Made by a program: the position numbers and the translations under genes. Below, in pieces: positions 52,224 through 60,813 of a stretch of 64,000 nucleotides of DNA; positions within the stretch are counted from its first letter, which is position 1; each line of letters starts with the position of its first letter. The notes below the pieces were generated by a model. That model ran no database searches. It was not told where the DNA came from and saw nothing but the letters and a program-made list of their open reading frames with translations. Origin of the DNA: a virus (Duplodnaviria > Heunggongvirae > Uroviricota > Caudoviricetes); IMG/VR virus record IMGVR_UViG_3300046507_000639, positions 1 through 64,000 of that record; one strand, written 5' to 3'.

Positions 52224-52634
52224 TCAGGCCTTCTTCTTGAAGTAGTGGAGGACGTAGCGCTCGTCGCAGACGTAGGTCTTGCCGTCGAGGCCGGACTTGA
52301 AGAGGAACGGCTTCGAGTACTTCTTGGAGTTGTACCCGACGAGCTCGTCACCGCGGTCGTTCTTTATCGTGACGAACTCCTTGAGGAGCTTGAAATCAGT
52401 CGTGCCGGGAGGAGAGATCAGAGAGTTGAGCTTAAGCTCAAGGGCCTCGGCGAACTTGTCTTTGCCGCCGACGACCTTCGCGGTCACCTTGATCTCGACT
52501 TCACCGGCCAGGAACTTCATGTTGCCGACCTCGAAGTTGAGGTTGATCGACGCCCCGTACTTAGAGAGGAGCTCGTTCATCTCCTTGCGGAGTTCGTTGA
52601 GGTTCTGCTTGTCGAATGAGGTTACTTTCTTCAT
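52224..52634 (-). CDS. hypothetical protein
   Basis: 136 aa. Promoter TTTACA-N16-TATATT (52662..52689) and SD GGAAAGGA. Confidence 0.6.
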   Translation of the reverse strand: MKKVTSFDKQNLNELRKEMNELLSKYGASINLNFEVGNMKFLAGEVEIKVTAKVVGGKDKFAEALELKLNSLISPPGTTDFKLLKEFVTIKNDRGDELVGYNSKKYSKPFLFKSGLDGKTYVCDERYVLHYFKKKA

Positions 52635-52717
52635 TGTCGCGGTCCTTTCCGTTACCGTTTTGATATTTTCAATATAAACGGTTTCTCAAGGATGTAAACG
52701 ACTATTTTGAAAAAAGT

Positions 52718-53113
52718 TTAGATCGCTATGCCGATCAAGAGACGGGCGGCCTTCGACGGGAGCGCTGCTGCTCCCACGACGCAGTCGTCCTTTGAAAAGA
52801 CGACGATGCCGCCCTGCTTGGCGTCTTCATCGTTTGAGAGCGTGAACACGAGCACCGCGTCGTACTCCCACGGGATGGGGGCGCCGGCGATGGCTTCAAT
52901 CTTCTCTTTGGCGTCGTCGAACGATGAGTCCTTCGAGTCTATCTTCGCCACGACCTGGGCCTGGGGAGCGTTGGCCTGGGCGAACTCCACCTCTGTCTTT
53001 CCGCCCTTCGCGTGGCATGCCGCCGCGTGATCGAGCGACGGCGCCGGTCCCGTCGGGGAAGCCAGCGCCGCAAAAATTCCTAGCATTACTCCGGTGAACG
53101 GATCAATCATCAA
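52718..53113 (-). CDS. hypothetical secreted protein
   Basis: N-terminal signal-like segment MMIDPFTGVMLGIFAALASP. Confidence 0.5.
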   Translation of the reverse strand: MMIDPFTGVMLGIFAALASPTGPAPSLDHAAACHAKGGKTEVEFAQANAPQAQVVAKIDSKDSSFDDAKEKIEAIAGAPIPWEYDAVLVFTLSNDEDAKQGGIVVFSKDDCVVGAAALPSKAARLLIGIAI

Positions 53114-53411
53114 AGACCTCCTTAAGGTCTACGCCGAAGTAGTCGGCGATCTTCTTGAGAACTGCGACTTTGTCCTCAGCCTCACAGTGTGGCTGTCCTG
53201 TCTTCTCGTCGTAAGCCTTTGCGGCCAGGAGCAGAGTCTTGAGCTCTTCCACCTTCGCCTTGAGCTCTTCAAACTCTTCGCGGCTCACCGGCTTGGGCGG
53301 GACCACGTACGGGCCGAGCGCGGGGTATCCCGTCGTGCCTGGCTGAGGCTTGAAGACCCAGTCCTCCCACTCGCGGCGGGCGTAATCCGATACGTATGAT
53401 ACTGTGCACAT
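53103..53411 (-). CDS. hypothetical protein
   Basis: 102 aa. The ATG lies directly after an AT-rich -10-like element, so the mRNA may be leaderless. Confidence 0.55.
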   Translation of the reverse strand: MCTVSYVSDYARREWEDWVFKPQPGTTGYPALGPYVVPPKPVSREEFEELKAKVEELKTLLLAAKAYDEKTGQPHCEAEDKVAVLKKIADYFGVDLKEVFDD

Positions 53412-53456
53412 TTTATATCACCCTTTCTAGATGTCAACTCAGAAATTAACTAATTC

Positions 53457-53963
53457 TCAATCCCACAGTGAGGAATAATATTTGCCGAACAGCCTGAAGC
53501 CGTTCTGCATCCGCGCGTGGTGAGCCTGCCAGCCTTCTCGGTCGAACCTGTAGGTGCTGCCCGACTTCTGACGCCACGTCACGGTGCCGTCGTCGTTGTC
53601 GATGAACTCGTCGTCGAACTTGCCGTGGTGGAACTGGTTCTCCCAGTTCGGATCGGCGATCTCCTGACCGAACGCCCAGATCATCTCATCGAGGATCCAG
53701 TCCCAGCGCTTGAAGTGAAGCGCGTCGGTGTCCCAGTCGTTCTCCTTCGGGGCAGCGGCCGTCGAGCGGAGGTGCTCGGGAGCGTCCTGATCGTCAGTGT
53801 TCGGCGCGCCGTGCTTGATCTCTCGAAGTCTCACGAGTGCGGGGTGGACGATGTGTGCAAGCGTGTTGTCGAACGACCACACGTCGTGGTCGTGGATCTC
53901 GACCTTTATCTTGCGCTCTTTCTTAGAGCGCGCGGACGGGTACTTCCCGATGTGTACTTTCAT
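53457..53963 (-). CDS. hypothetical protein
   Basis: 168 aa ORF. Confidence 0.6.
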   Translation of the reverse strand: MKVHIGKYPSARSKKERKIKVEIHDHDVWSFDNTLAHIVHPALVRLREIKHGAPNTDDQDAPEHLRSTAAAPKENDWDTDALHFKRWDWILDEMIWAFGQEIADPNWENQFHHGKFDDEFIDNDDGTVTWRQKSGSTYRFDREGWQAHHARMQNGFRLFGKYYSSLWD

Positions 53964-54023
53964 TCTGTCTCCTCACGTCAACTGTCACTAGAGTCACGAA
54001 CATCACCAGTATGATCAGACCCA

Positions 54024-54422
54024 TCACTTCTTCCCCACCGTGTACTTCGCGGACAGCGTCCAGTCCTTCTTGTCCTTGAACGCCACGACCTTTATCTGGC
54101 TCATCGGCGCCACGTCGGCGACGTCCTGGCCAGGCACGATGGTGACCAGCCCCCACTCGTGGAGCAGCTTCGCGATGGAGTTCCGTCGAGCCACGTCGTT
54201 CTCCGTCACGTCGGAGTACTTCCCGTCGAGGACGAAGAGCTCCTTGAAGTGTATGATCGCGTACTCGCCCTGCTTGTGGAGTATGTGACAGGACTGGTAG
54301 AGCGTCTTGTCCTTCTTCGAAGCGAACCCGATGCGAGTCAGCGTCTCCATTACCTTGAGGAAGTCGTCGGGGTTCTTGAGTGTCACTTTGACTCCCAGAC
54401 CTCGGAAGACGTCTCCGTTCAT
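54024..54422 (-). CDS. regA: RegA translational repressor
   Basis: Collinear similarity to T4 RegA (KNPDDFLKVMETLTRIGFASKKDKTLYQSCHILHKQGEYAIIHFKEL...LLHEWGLVTIVPGQ). Confidence 0.85.
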   Translation of the reverse strand: MNGDVFRGLGVKVTLKNPDDFLKVMETLTRIGFASKKDKTLYQSCHILHKQGEYAIIHFKELFVLDGKYSDVTENDVARRNSIAKLLHEWGLVTIVPGQDVADVAPMSQIKVVAFKDKKDWTLSAKYTVGKK

Positions 54423-54808
54423 TTCAACCCGCCTTTGTTTGTTATGTTCTTCACGGCTTCGATGTCTTCACGAGACATCAGCGAGAGGTACTCCCTCGCT
54501 CGGTTGATATTTATACCGTAGGCCTCGGCTACGAGCGCGGCGGTCGCGTCGGCTTCTGCCTTGTGCCACTTTGAGAATCGCTTCTTGGACCTCACTGCTG
54601 CCTTGTAGTAGTCGTGCTGCAGCAGGTTGTCGATGCCCGAGGCGCGGTTCATCTCGTTGGCGTGGAGGACTGTGTCGGGGTAGTACGAGAAGGCCCGGTT
54701 CACCATGAAGGGCGAGTACGCCTTGGCAGCGGCCTCGCGGTCGTCACTCGAGCGTATCAGGTCCTTCTTCGCCTGGGAAAGGTCGTTCACGAAGTCGAAC
54801 GGGTTCAA
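54419..54808 (-). CDS. clamp-loader small subunit (gp62-like)
   Basis: YSPFMVNRAFSYYPD...KRFSKWHKAEADATAALVAEAYGININRAREYLSL is similar to the T4 gp62 core (YSKFMVENALSQFPE...KRYGKWAKL). Confidence 0.75.
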   Translation of the reverse strand: MNPFDFVNDLSQAKKDLIRSSDDREAAAKAYSPFMVNRAFSYYPDTVLHANEMNRASGIDNLLQHDYYKAAVRSKKRFSKWHKAEADATAALVAEAYGININRAREYLSLMSREDIEAVKNITNKGGLK

Positions 54809-54950
54809 GGGTGTCTCCTTCTCGCATTATCTCTTCGGCGTGGGGCAGGCAGAGGTATGCGACTCGCTCGCCGGCAGCAGTCATGTACCGGACTTCGTCG
54901 TACTTCCTCCAGAGTCGCTTCCTGCAGACTAGGCATCTCTTCAGAGCCAT
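54744..54950 (-). CDS. possible small Cys-containing protein (68 aa) in the 44-62 gap
   Basis: Fills a 132-nt gap and overlaps gp62 by 65 nt. CLVCRKRL...CLPH. Confidence 0.3.
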   Translation of the reverse strand: MALKRCLVCRKRLWRKYDEVRYMTAAGERVAYLCLPHAEEIMREGDTLEPVRLRERPFPGEEGPDTLE

Positions 54951-55897
54951 ACCGCCTCCACCATGAACTCCGTCAGGAACGACGTGACGTTGATCTCACT
55001 GTCGACCACGAAGGCCGCCCAGTACTGGTAGCGGGCCGCCAGGACGACGATGGCCGCGATGCTCTGGGGAGTCAGTAGACCGTCGGCCGAGTCGTAGACC
55101 TTACGGATGATGTCGTTGGTGTCGAGGTGGGAGTTCTCGGCCACCCACTTGCGCATCTCGTTGAACTTCTTGTCCTTGAGGATGTTCACGAGCTTCGAGA
55201 AGTTTTCCTCCATGAAGTTCAGCAGTACGCCCGAGTCGATCTTGCCGTTCGCGGAGTACCGCTCGACCTCGTTGATGATGCGTCGCATGTCCGGGAAGTG
55301 CTTCTTGATCAGCTCGATCAGGACGTTCTTGTCGTACTCTATGCCCTCGTTCTCGAGGATGAACTTCAGCCGCTTGAAGAACTGCAGCTTGAGCATGTCG
55401 ACTTCCTTCGGCGACGACGAGAAGTCCACGCCGACGAGTCTCGAGTGGAGAGGCTCGATGATGCGGTTCTTGTAGTTACAGGTAAGGATGAAGCCGCAGT
55501 TCTTGCTGTACTCCTCCATGAAGTTACGCAGGGAGGGCTGGGTGCTGTTGGCGTTCAGGTAGTCCGCCTCGTCGAGGATGACGTACTTGCGGCCCGACTT
55601 GAACAGGGAGACTGAGGACGCGAAGTCCTTGATCTCGTTCCTGAGGGTGTCGATGTTGCCGTTGAGAGACCCGTTGACCACGATGTAGTCGGCGTCGAGC
55701 TCTCGGAGCATCGCGCGGGCCACGGTAGTCTTGCCGATGCCCGGGCCGCCGTGGAGCAGCAGGTTGGGGATGTTCCCCTTGTCGACGAAGCCACGGAAGG
55801 TCTTCTTCAGGTCATCGGGCAGTATGCAGTCTTCAATCTTCTGTGGTCGGTACTTCTCCACCCACAGCGCGTTCTTCAACGTTTCGCTCAGTTCCAT
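54941..55897 (-). CDS. clamp-loader large subunit (gp44-like, AAA+ RFC family)
   Basis: Walker A LLHGGPGIGKTT. DEAD box ILDEADYL. Sensor and arginine-finger regions. Confidence 0.85.
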   Translation of the reverse strand: MELSETLKNALWVEKYRPQKIEDCILPDDLKKTFRGFVDKGNIPNLLLHGGPGIGKTTVARAMLRELDADYIVVNGSLNGNIDTLRNEIKDFASSVSLFKSGRKYVILDEADYLNANSTQPSLRNFMEEYSKNCGFILTCNYKNRIIEPLHSRLVGVDFSSSPKEVDMLKLQFFKRLKFILENEGIEYDKNVLIELIKKHFPDMRRIINEVERYSANGKIDSGVLLNFMEENFSKLVNILKDKKFNEMRKWVAENSHLDTNDIIRKVYDSADGLLTPQSIAAIVVLAARYQYWAAFVVDSEINVTSFLTEFMVEAVWL

Positions 55898-56033
55898 CGT
55901 TAAGCCTCATGATCTCTTCGAGCACCCGCGAGCGCAGCGTGCCCACCTGCAAAAGTTCTGACCCGCGGATAGAACCGCGGGCCGCCATGGCGTCAATGAA
56001 CTCCAACGTGAAGTTCAGCTCGTCTCTGTTCAC
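55833..56033 (-). CDS. possible small protein (66 aa) in the 45-44 gap
   Basis: Fills a second 132-nt gap and overlaps gp44 by 65 nt. Confidence 0.25.
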   Translation of the reverse strand: MNRDELNFTLEFIDAMAARGSIRGSELLQVGTLRSRVLEEIMRLNDGTERNVEERAVGGEVPTTED

Positions 56034-56674
56034 TTGGCCTCGCCGATGATGAAGTACTTCAGGTCGCCCGAGACGAACTCAGCGAGTCCCGACTTCGACA
56101 TCGTGACGGTGTAGTCCCGCTCGAGGAGCTTGAAGTTTTCCTTGTTGAAGTACACCTTGAACTCGGCGTCAGCGTCAGCGAGCTTGACCGAGAACTCGTC
56201 GGCCGAGGGGTTCTTGCTGTTGGCAGCCGCGATGTAGACCGACTGGCCGTCACCGTAGACCGCGATCTCGGGCAGGCCGAGGACGCCCAGGGACTTCAGC
56301 AGGCTCTGGATGGTGGCGCCGGACACCGCGAACGAGACGAGCTCGTCGGGCAGCTTGATGTCTTTCGTGGGGGCCACGACGATGGTGGAGGGGTCACAGA
56401 AAGTGTACCGGATCTTCGTCGAGTTCTCAGATATGGTAACGTATTTCTCACTGAAAGTCAACTCGGGAGACGAGAAGAGGCTCAGGGCGCCGAGGAACTT
56501 CGGCAGCTCGTAGATTGCGAACCCGGTCTCGAAGTTCTCCGTGACGGTCGTCTTGGCGAAGATCGTCTTCGCGGGGGAGATCGTCGCGATCACGTTGCCG
56601 GCCTTCACCTCGATCGCCTTGTTGATCGTGGAGAAGTTCTTCAGGATGTTGACGGTCTGTTCACTCAGTTTCAT
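56030..56674 (-). CDS. sliding clamp (gp45-like)
   Basis: MKLSEQTVNILKNFSTINKAIEVKAG...AIYELPKFLGALSL is collinear with T4 gp45 (MKLSKDTTALLKNFATINSGI...AIYDLNGFLGILSL). Confidence 0.85.
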   Translation of the reverse strand: MKLSEQTVNILKNFSTINKAIEVKAGNVIATISPAKTIFAKTTVTENFETGFAIYELPKFLGALSLFSSPELTFSEKYVTISENSTKIRYTFCDPSTIVVAPTKDIKLPDELVSFAVSGATIQSLLKSLGVLGLPEIAVYGDGQSVYIAAANSKNPSADEFSVKLADADAEFKVYFNKENFKLLERDYTVTMSKSGLAEFVSGDLKYFIIGEAK

Positions 56675-56825
56675 TCTTATCCAGGTCCTTTTTTACCCAT
56701 GCGTGGATGGTCTCGGCGAGGGCCAAGACTTTCTTTTCGTAGTTTCCGTGGTGATTTATGCCGGCGTCGAGCAGTATCTTGCGGGCGTGGTCTATCAGAG
56801 AGAATTTATACTCAGTGTTGTCCAT
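56664..56825 (-). CDS. small hypothetical protein (about 53 aa) upstream of gp45
   Basis: MDNTEYKFSLIDHARKILLDAGINHHGNYEKKVLALAETIHAWVKK. Stop overlaps the gp45 start region. Confidence 0.4.
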
Positions 56826-57000
56826 TGTCAAATAGTCCTTCTTGCTCCAGTAACTCTAGGAGGTACTCGCGGAGCACTTCCATGAGCTGTTCGTGAGTCT
56901 CGATGTTGCGCCCCGCGACGAGGTCTCGGATGACCGAGGTCTCTATCTCGATGTCGATGGTGTCGGTCTCGTCTTCTTCGTTCACTACGGTGAGGATCAT
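56812..57000 (-). CDS. hypothetical acidic protein (start MILTVVN)
   Basis: ATGA coupling. Confidence 0.45.
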   Translation of the reverse strand: MILTVVNEEDETDTIDIEIETSVIRDLVAGRNIETHEQLMEVLREYLLELLEQEGLFDNGQH

Positions 57001-58007
57001 TTCTTGACCTTCTTGATGGCGTCCTTGTCGACCGTAGCGGAGGCGCCGATGGCCGCGAGGGCCGCCAGCTTGCCGCCGAAGGTGTAGAATCCGCTGTGCT
57101 TGAGTTCGATCCAGGGGCACATCCAGACCTTCATGCCGGCGCGGCGCACGTTCTGACAGAACATGTAGTCCTCGCTCAGGTACCGCTTCGAGCTGTGTTT
57201 CTCACGCTCGCGGATGTCCTTGACCTTGGCCTGGAGGCTCGCTATCGTCAGCACGGAGTCCTTGCCGTCCTCGGCGTCGGTCTCGAGTATCTCGTCCATA
57301 ATCGCCTCGAACTCGCTCTCCTTGCGGTTCTTGTCGATGAAGCAGTCAAAGTACGTCATGATCTGACGGCTGCCGTCGAAGTTCTCCGAGCGGGCGTGGT
57401 CGGGCACGTACATGTACTCGGGGTAGGCCTTCGCGTACTTCTCGAACGTCTCGCGCGAGATGAGCATGAAGCCGGTGCCGGCCTCAGAGACCTCAGCGGG
57501 CTCGTTCAGCGGGATGGAGGTGCCGCTCGCGGGGTTGAAGACGAAGTCGCCCACGAAGTCCTCGAGGACGTTCGGGTCGTTGTCCGCGAAGCCCTTGTCG
57601 ACCGCGGCCTTGATCTTCTCCCAGGTAATGCACTTCTTGGGGTACGCCGCCGCCACGACGTTCTTGTTCTCGGGGTCCATCAGCTGCGTCGCGACCAGCG
57701 CGATGACGTCGTTCGCGTTGAACGTGATGTCGGCGTCGATGAACATCAGGTGGGTGGCGTCAGAGCGGAGGAACTCGTCCACGCAGTAGTTGCGGGCGCG
57801 GGTGATGAGGCTCTCGTTGAAGAGGAAGTAGGTCCTCATCTGCATGCCGTACTTGGAGCAGAGCGCCGTCAGGTCCATCATGGACCTCGTGAAGTTGCCC
57901 GTGCACATGCCGCCGTACTGGGGGCTGGCAACGAACAGCTTGCACTCGCGGAGCTTCTCAATGGATATTTCAAACTGCAAGGTCGTATCTCTCGATCTCT
58001 GTTTCAA
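56997..58007 (-). CDS. GT-A-like glycosyltransferase (DxD motif)
   Basis: LMFIDADITF DxD-type motif. LFVASPQYGG N-terminal beta strand. Confidence 0.45.
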   Translation of the reverse strand: MKQRSRDTTLQFEISIEKLRECKLFVASPQYGGMCTGNFTRSMMDLTALCSKYGMQMRTYFLFNESLITRARNYCVDEFLRSDATHLMFIDADITFNANDVIALVATQLMDPENKNVVAAAYPKKCITWEKIKAAVDKGFADNDPNVLEDFVGDFVFNPASGTSIPLNEPAEVSEAGTGFMLISRETFEKYAKAYPEYMYVPDHARSENFDGSRQIMTYFDCFIDKNRKESEFEAIMDEILETDAEDGKDSVLTIASLQAKVKDIREREKHSSKRYLSEDYMFCQNVRRAGMKVWMCPWIELKHSGFYTFGGKLAALAAIGASATVDKDAIKKVKK

Positions 58008-58215
58008 AGTCAGTCAGCTGACGGAAGATCTTGGTGAGCTCCTCCGTGCTGGGTTCAACGGTGGGCTCTGAGTCGAACAGGAACTCGTACTGCACAGGAG
58101 AGTCGCAGGTCCCCGTCAGCACGTAGCCGAACGTGCTCATGATCTTTGCGACCTCGCCGAACAGCCACAGGAGCTGGAAGTCGCGGTGGTTCAGGACTCG
58201 GACGGAGGTGTACAC
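57970..58215 (-). CDS. hypothetical protein
   Basis: 81 aa ORF. Confidence 0.45.
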   Translation of the reverse strand: MYTSVRVLNHRDFQLLWLFGEVAKIMSTFGYVLTGTCDSPVQYEFLFDSEPTVEPSTEELTKIFRQLTDFETEIERYDLAV

Positions 58216-58439
58216 TCTTCTCTCTCCCTCTTGATGCGTTCGAGCTCTCGCTTGGCGAAGAAGATGATCTTCTCCAGGTCGTACACGTCTGACGTGCCTT
58301 CCTTGAGTCCGAGTCGGAAACAGCTCTTGAAGATGTTGCCTCGGGCGAAGTTCATCCCGCGAAGCTCGATGAGGTCTTGGAGCTCTCGCGCTCCCTCAGG
58401 TATCTTGTAGTAGTCAGCGTCACTTCCGCTAAACTTCAT
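58191..58439 (-). CDS. hypothetical protein
   Basis: 82 aa ORF. Confidence 0.5.
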   Translation of the reverse strand: MKFSGSDADYYKIPEGARELQDLIELRGMNFARGNIFKSCFRLGLKEGTSDVYDLEKIIFFAKRELERIKREREECTPPSES

Positions 58440-58471
58440 ATAGTCTCCATAGTGTTGAGATAGTATACCGG

Positions 58472-59659
58472 TCAGACCGCGAAGTCAACCAGAGTCCTGG
58501 TCGGGTAGAGAGTCTCTTCCACCTTCTGGTGGATGTTGTCCTGGACTACGTAGCGGTGGCCCGAGGACTTCCTGTTACCGAGCAGTGCTTCACGGACCTC
58601 GGTGGCCATGTCGGTAGCGGTCTGCACCGGCACGTTCTGACAGATGTGGTTGGTCGACTTCTTCGGGTCGCCGAGGATGAAGTCTTGCGGCAGTCCCATG
58701 ATGGTCATCGCCTCGCGGTAGTCGATGTACCGGTCGTAGTCGGGGTGCTTGATCGAGGACGGCATGTGGCCCACGAAGGCGCCGATGTAGTCCTTGGCGA
58801 TCACGAGGTCTTTCTTCATGTACCCCTTGTGGTCGTCGAGCTTGGCCTGGCGCCGGCGAGAAGACTTGGCCTCGCGGTCGTAGCCGTTGGCCTCCATCCA
58901 CTCAGCACAGGTGGTCCAGTCAGACTCACGTTCAATCACGTCGATGACGCCCACAGACTTCTCGAGCGAGTCGTAGAACTCCTGGAAGGTCTGCTTGCGC
59001 ACACTCTCGAGGATGAACTTGAGGTACTTGTTGTCGGAGGGCTTGCCCTGACCGATCGGCTCGCGCTGGGTGTTGGAGGTGACTCCGCGCAGGAGGTCCT
59101 CGAAGCGCACGTGTGGGCGGCTGTAGTAGTCGAACAGCGGCGCGTCCATGCCCTGCCAGAAGAAGTAGAACGACCGCACCCTGATCTGCGGCAGGCCGTG
59201 CACGAGCGACTTCGTCTTGATGACGCTCATGGAGTAGTCGTTCTCGAAGGCGAGGTCACGGAGCTTCTCACGGATCTTCGTGCCCTTGTTGGTCGCGAAC
59301 TGCGGGGCGTTCTCACCCCAGAGGACCTTGGGCTTGACGTTCTCGAAGACGTACTTCGCGGAGTCGAACATCCAGTCGTTCGTCTTGGAGTCTGCCGAGG
59401 AAGTCGGCGAGAGAGACGAGAGGCCGGCGCAGGGGCAGACGGCGTTGACGACGTCAACGCGCTTCGGCGTGAAGCCCTCTTCCTTGTCGATCAGGTGGTA
59501 GGGCACCTCGTTGTCGTAGTAGTTCAGTAGGTGGAGGTCGTTCGCCACGAAGGGCGAGTAAGAGAGGATGTACTCAGGTCGAGTGCCGAAAGTTCTCTCC
59601 ATGGCGATGGTCTCGCCGCCGATGAGGGGAACTATGCTCCCCCAGGTAAAGTCACTCAT
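58472..59659 (-). CDS. DNA (cytosine-5)-methyltransferase-fold enzyme
   Basis: Motif I SIVPLIGGET. Motif IV AVCPCAGLS (PC catalytic Cys). Motif VI FENV. Confidence 0.55.
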   Translation of the reverse strand: MSDFTWGSIVPLIGGETIAMERTFGTRPEYILSYSPFVANDLHLLNYYDNEVPYHLIDKEEGFTPKRVDVVNAVCPCAGLSSLSPTSSADSKTNDWMFDSAKYVFENVKPKVLWGENAPQFATNKGTKIREKLRDLAFENDYSMSVIKTKSLVHGLPQIRVRSFYFFWQGMDAPLFDYYSRPHVRFEDLLRGVTSNTQREPIGQGKPSDNKYLKFILESVRKQTFQEFYDSLEKSVGVIDVIERESDWTTCAEWMEANGYDREAKSSRRRQAKLDDHKGYMKKDLVIAKDYIGAFVGHMPSSIKHPDYDRYIDYREAMTIMGLPQDFILGDPKKSTNHICQNVPVQTATDMATEVREALLGNRKSSGHRYVVQDNIHQKVEETLYPTRTLVDFAV

Positions 59660-59727
59660 TCAGTCAATTTCCAGTTGCATCGTATGACCTTATTTATAGG
59701 TCGGAGACGACGCAGAACGGAAATTTA

Positions 59728-60813
59728 TCAGAAGTTGAGGACCTTTGACGACAGGTAACGCACCAGGTCGAGGCGCGTCTCTTCGCGCATCTGCATCGTC
59801 GGAGTGACGTCCGACGGGTTCACCACGAGCGAGCGGAAGGTCCCCTCGTCGATGTCGAAGCTGTCGACAAACTCCCTCCACGGGCACGTCTCGAAGACGA
59901 GCGGGAGGCAGCCGACCTTCAGTGCTTCCTGGTAACGGAAGGGTGAGAATATGCCAGGCTCGTACGCCGGCGCCACGAACGTGAAGCGAGACCTCGAAAG
60001 CAGCTTCACGTACTCGCCGCGTGGGACGGACGTGTCGACGTCGTTGATCTTGTCCTTGATGAGGAACCTCGACCGGAACTCGGGAGACACGGCCGAGATC
60101 ACTCTCTGGGCGTACTCGTGCGAGGCCTTTCGGTCCTTGGTCATGTAAGAATAACCGAAGACGACGTCGTAGTCAACCGTTTCTTCATCGAACGGTGAAC
60201 TCTCGGGCAGTACCATGCCGTCCACGAAGAACGGATGCTTCTCGATGCCCAGGCGCTCTATGCCGTAGCCGTGATAAACGTGGGTGTCGACGGGCCGTAT
60301 GTCGTCTCCCAGCTGTGCCACAGAATTTTCTCCAGGATCGTAGCACATCTCGAGGAACCTGGCTCCAGATAGGTTTGCGACCTTAACTGCAGCGTAGGCC
60401 ACGAAGTAGTGCTTGGCGACGCTGACGAAGGTGATGAATTTGTTAGTGTCGAGGTTCTTCTCGAGGCCGTTCTTCTTACGCTTGAGTGCTCCTCCGTCAG
60501 AGAGGGGTGCGCCAAACAGGTAGACGTCGTCAAAGTCTCCGAAATAGACCGCAGGGTCGAACGCTTCATAGAAGTCTCTCCAGGTCTTGAACTGGTTGGT
60601 GGTGCACTTGTCGAACCACTCCTGGACAGAGACCGACTCGTGAACGGTGATCCTCGCGGTCTTCTCCACGAAGTCCTTGATCTTGTCTGTCTTGTACGCG
60701 TGGAAGAGCACGACGCGGTCGTACTCCCTCAGGAAGTGCATTGACTCGTACAGGGAGGTGAAGTCAGAGCTGAAGGCTCTAGTCGTGAAGATAGCGGCTG
60801 TTCGCAATGTCAA
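59728..60813 (-). CDS. glycosyltransferase resembling T4 DNA beta-glucosyltransferase (BGT family)
   Basis: RFTFVAPAYEPGIFSPFRYQEALKVGCLPLVFE parallels the BGT C-terminal FITLRVWETMASDAVMLI region. Similar length (361 vs 351 aa). Confidence 0.45.
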   Translation of the reverse strand: MTLRTAAIFTTRAFSSDFTSLYESMHFLREYDRVVLFHAYKTDKIKDFVEKTARITVHESVSVQEWFDKCTTNQFKTWRDFYEAFDPAVYFGDFDDVYLFGAPLSDGGALKRKKNGLEKNLDTNKFITFVSVAKHYFVAYAAVKVANLSGARFLEMCYDPGENSVAQLGDDIRPVDTHVYHGYGIERLGIEKHPFFVDGMVLPESSPFDEETVDYDVVFGYSYMTKDRKASHEYAQRVISAVSPEFRSRFLIKDKINDVDTSVPRGEYVKLLSRSRFTFVAPAYEPGIFSPFRYQEALKVGCLPLVFETCPWREFVDSFDIDEGTFRSLVVNPSDVTPTMQMREETRLDLVRYLSSKVLNF

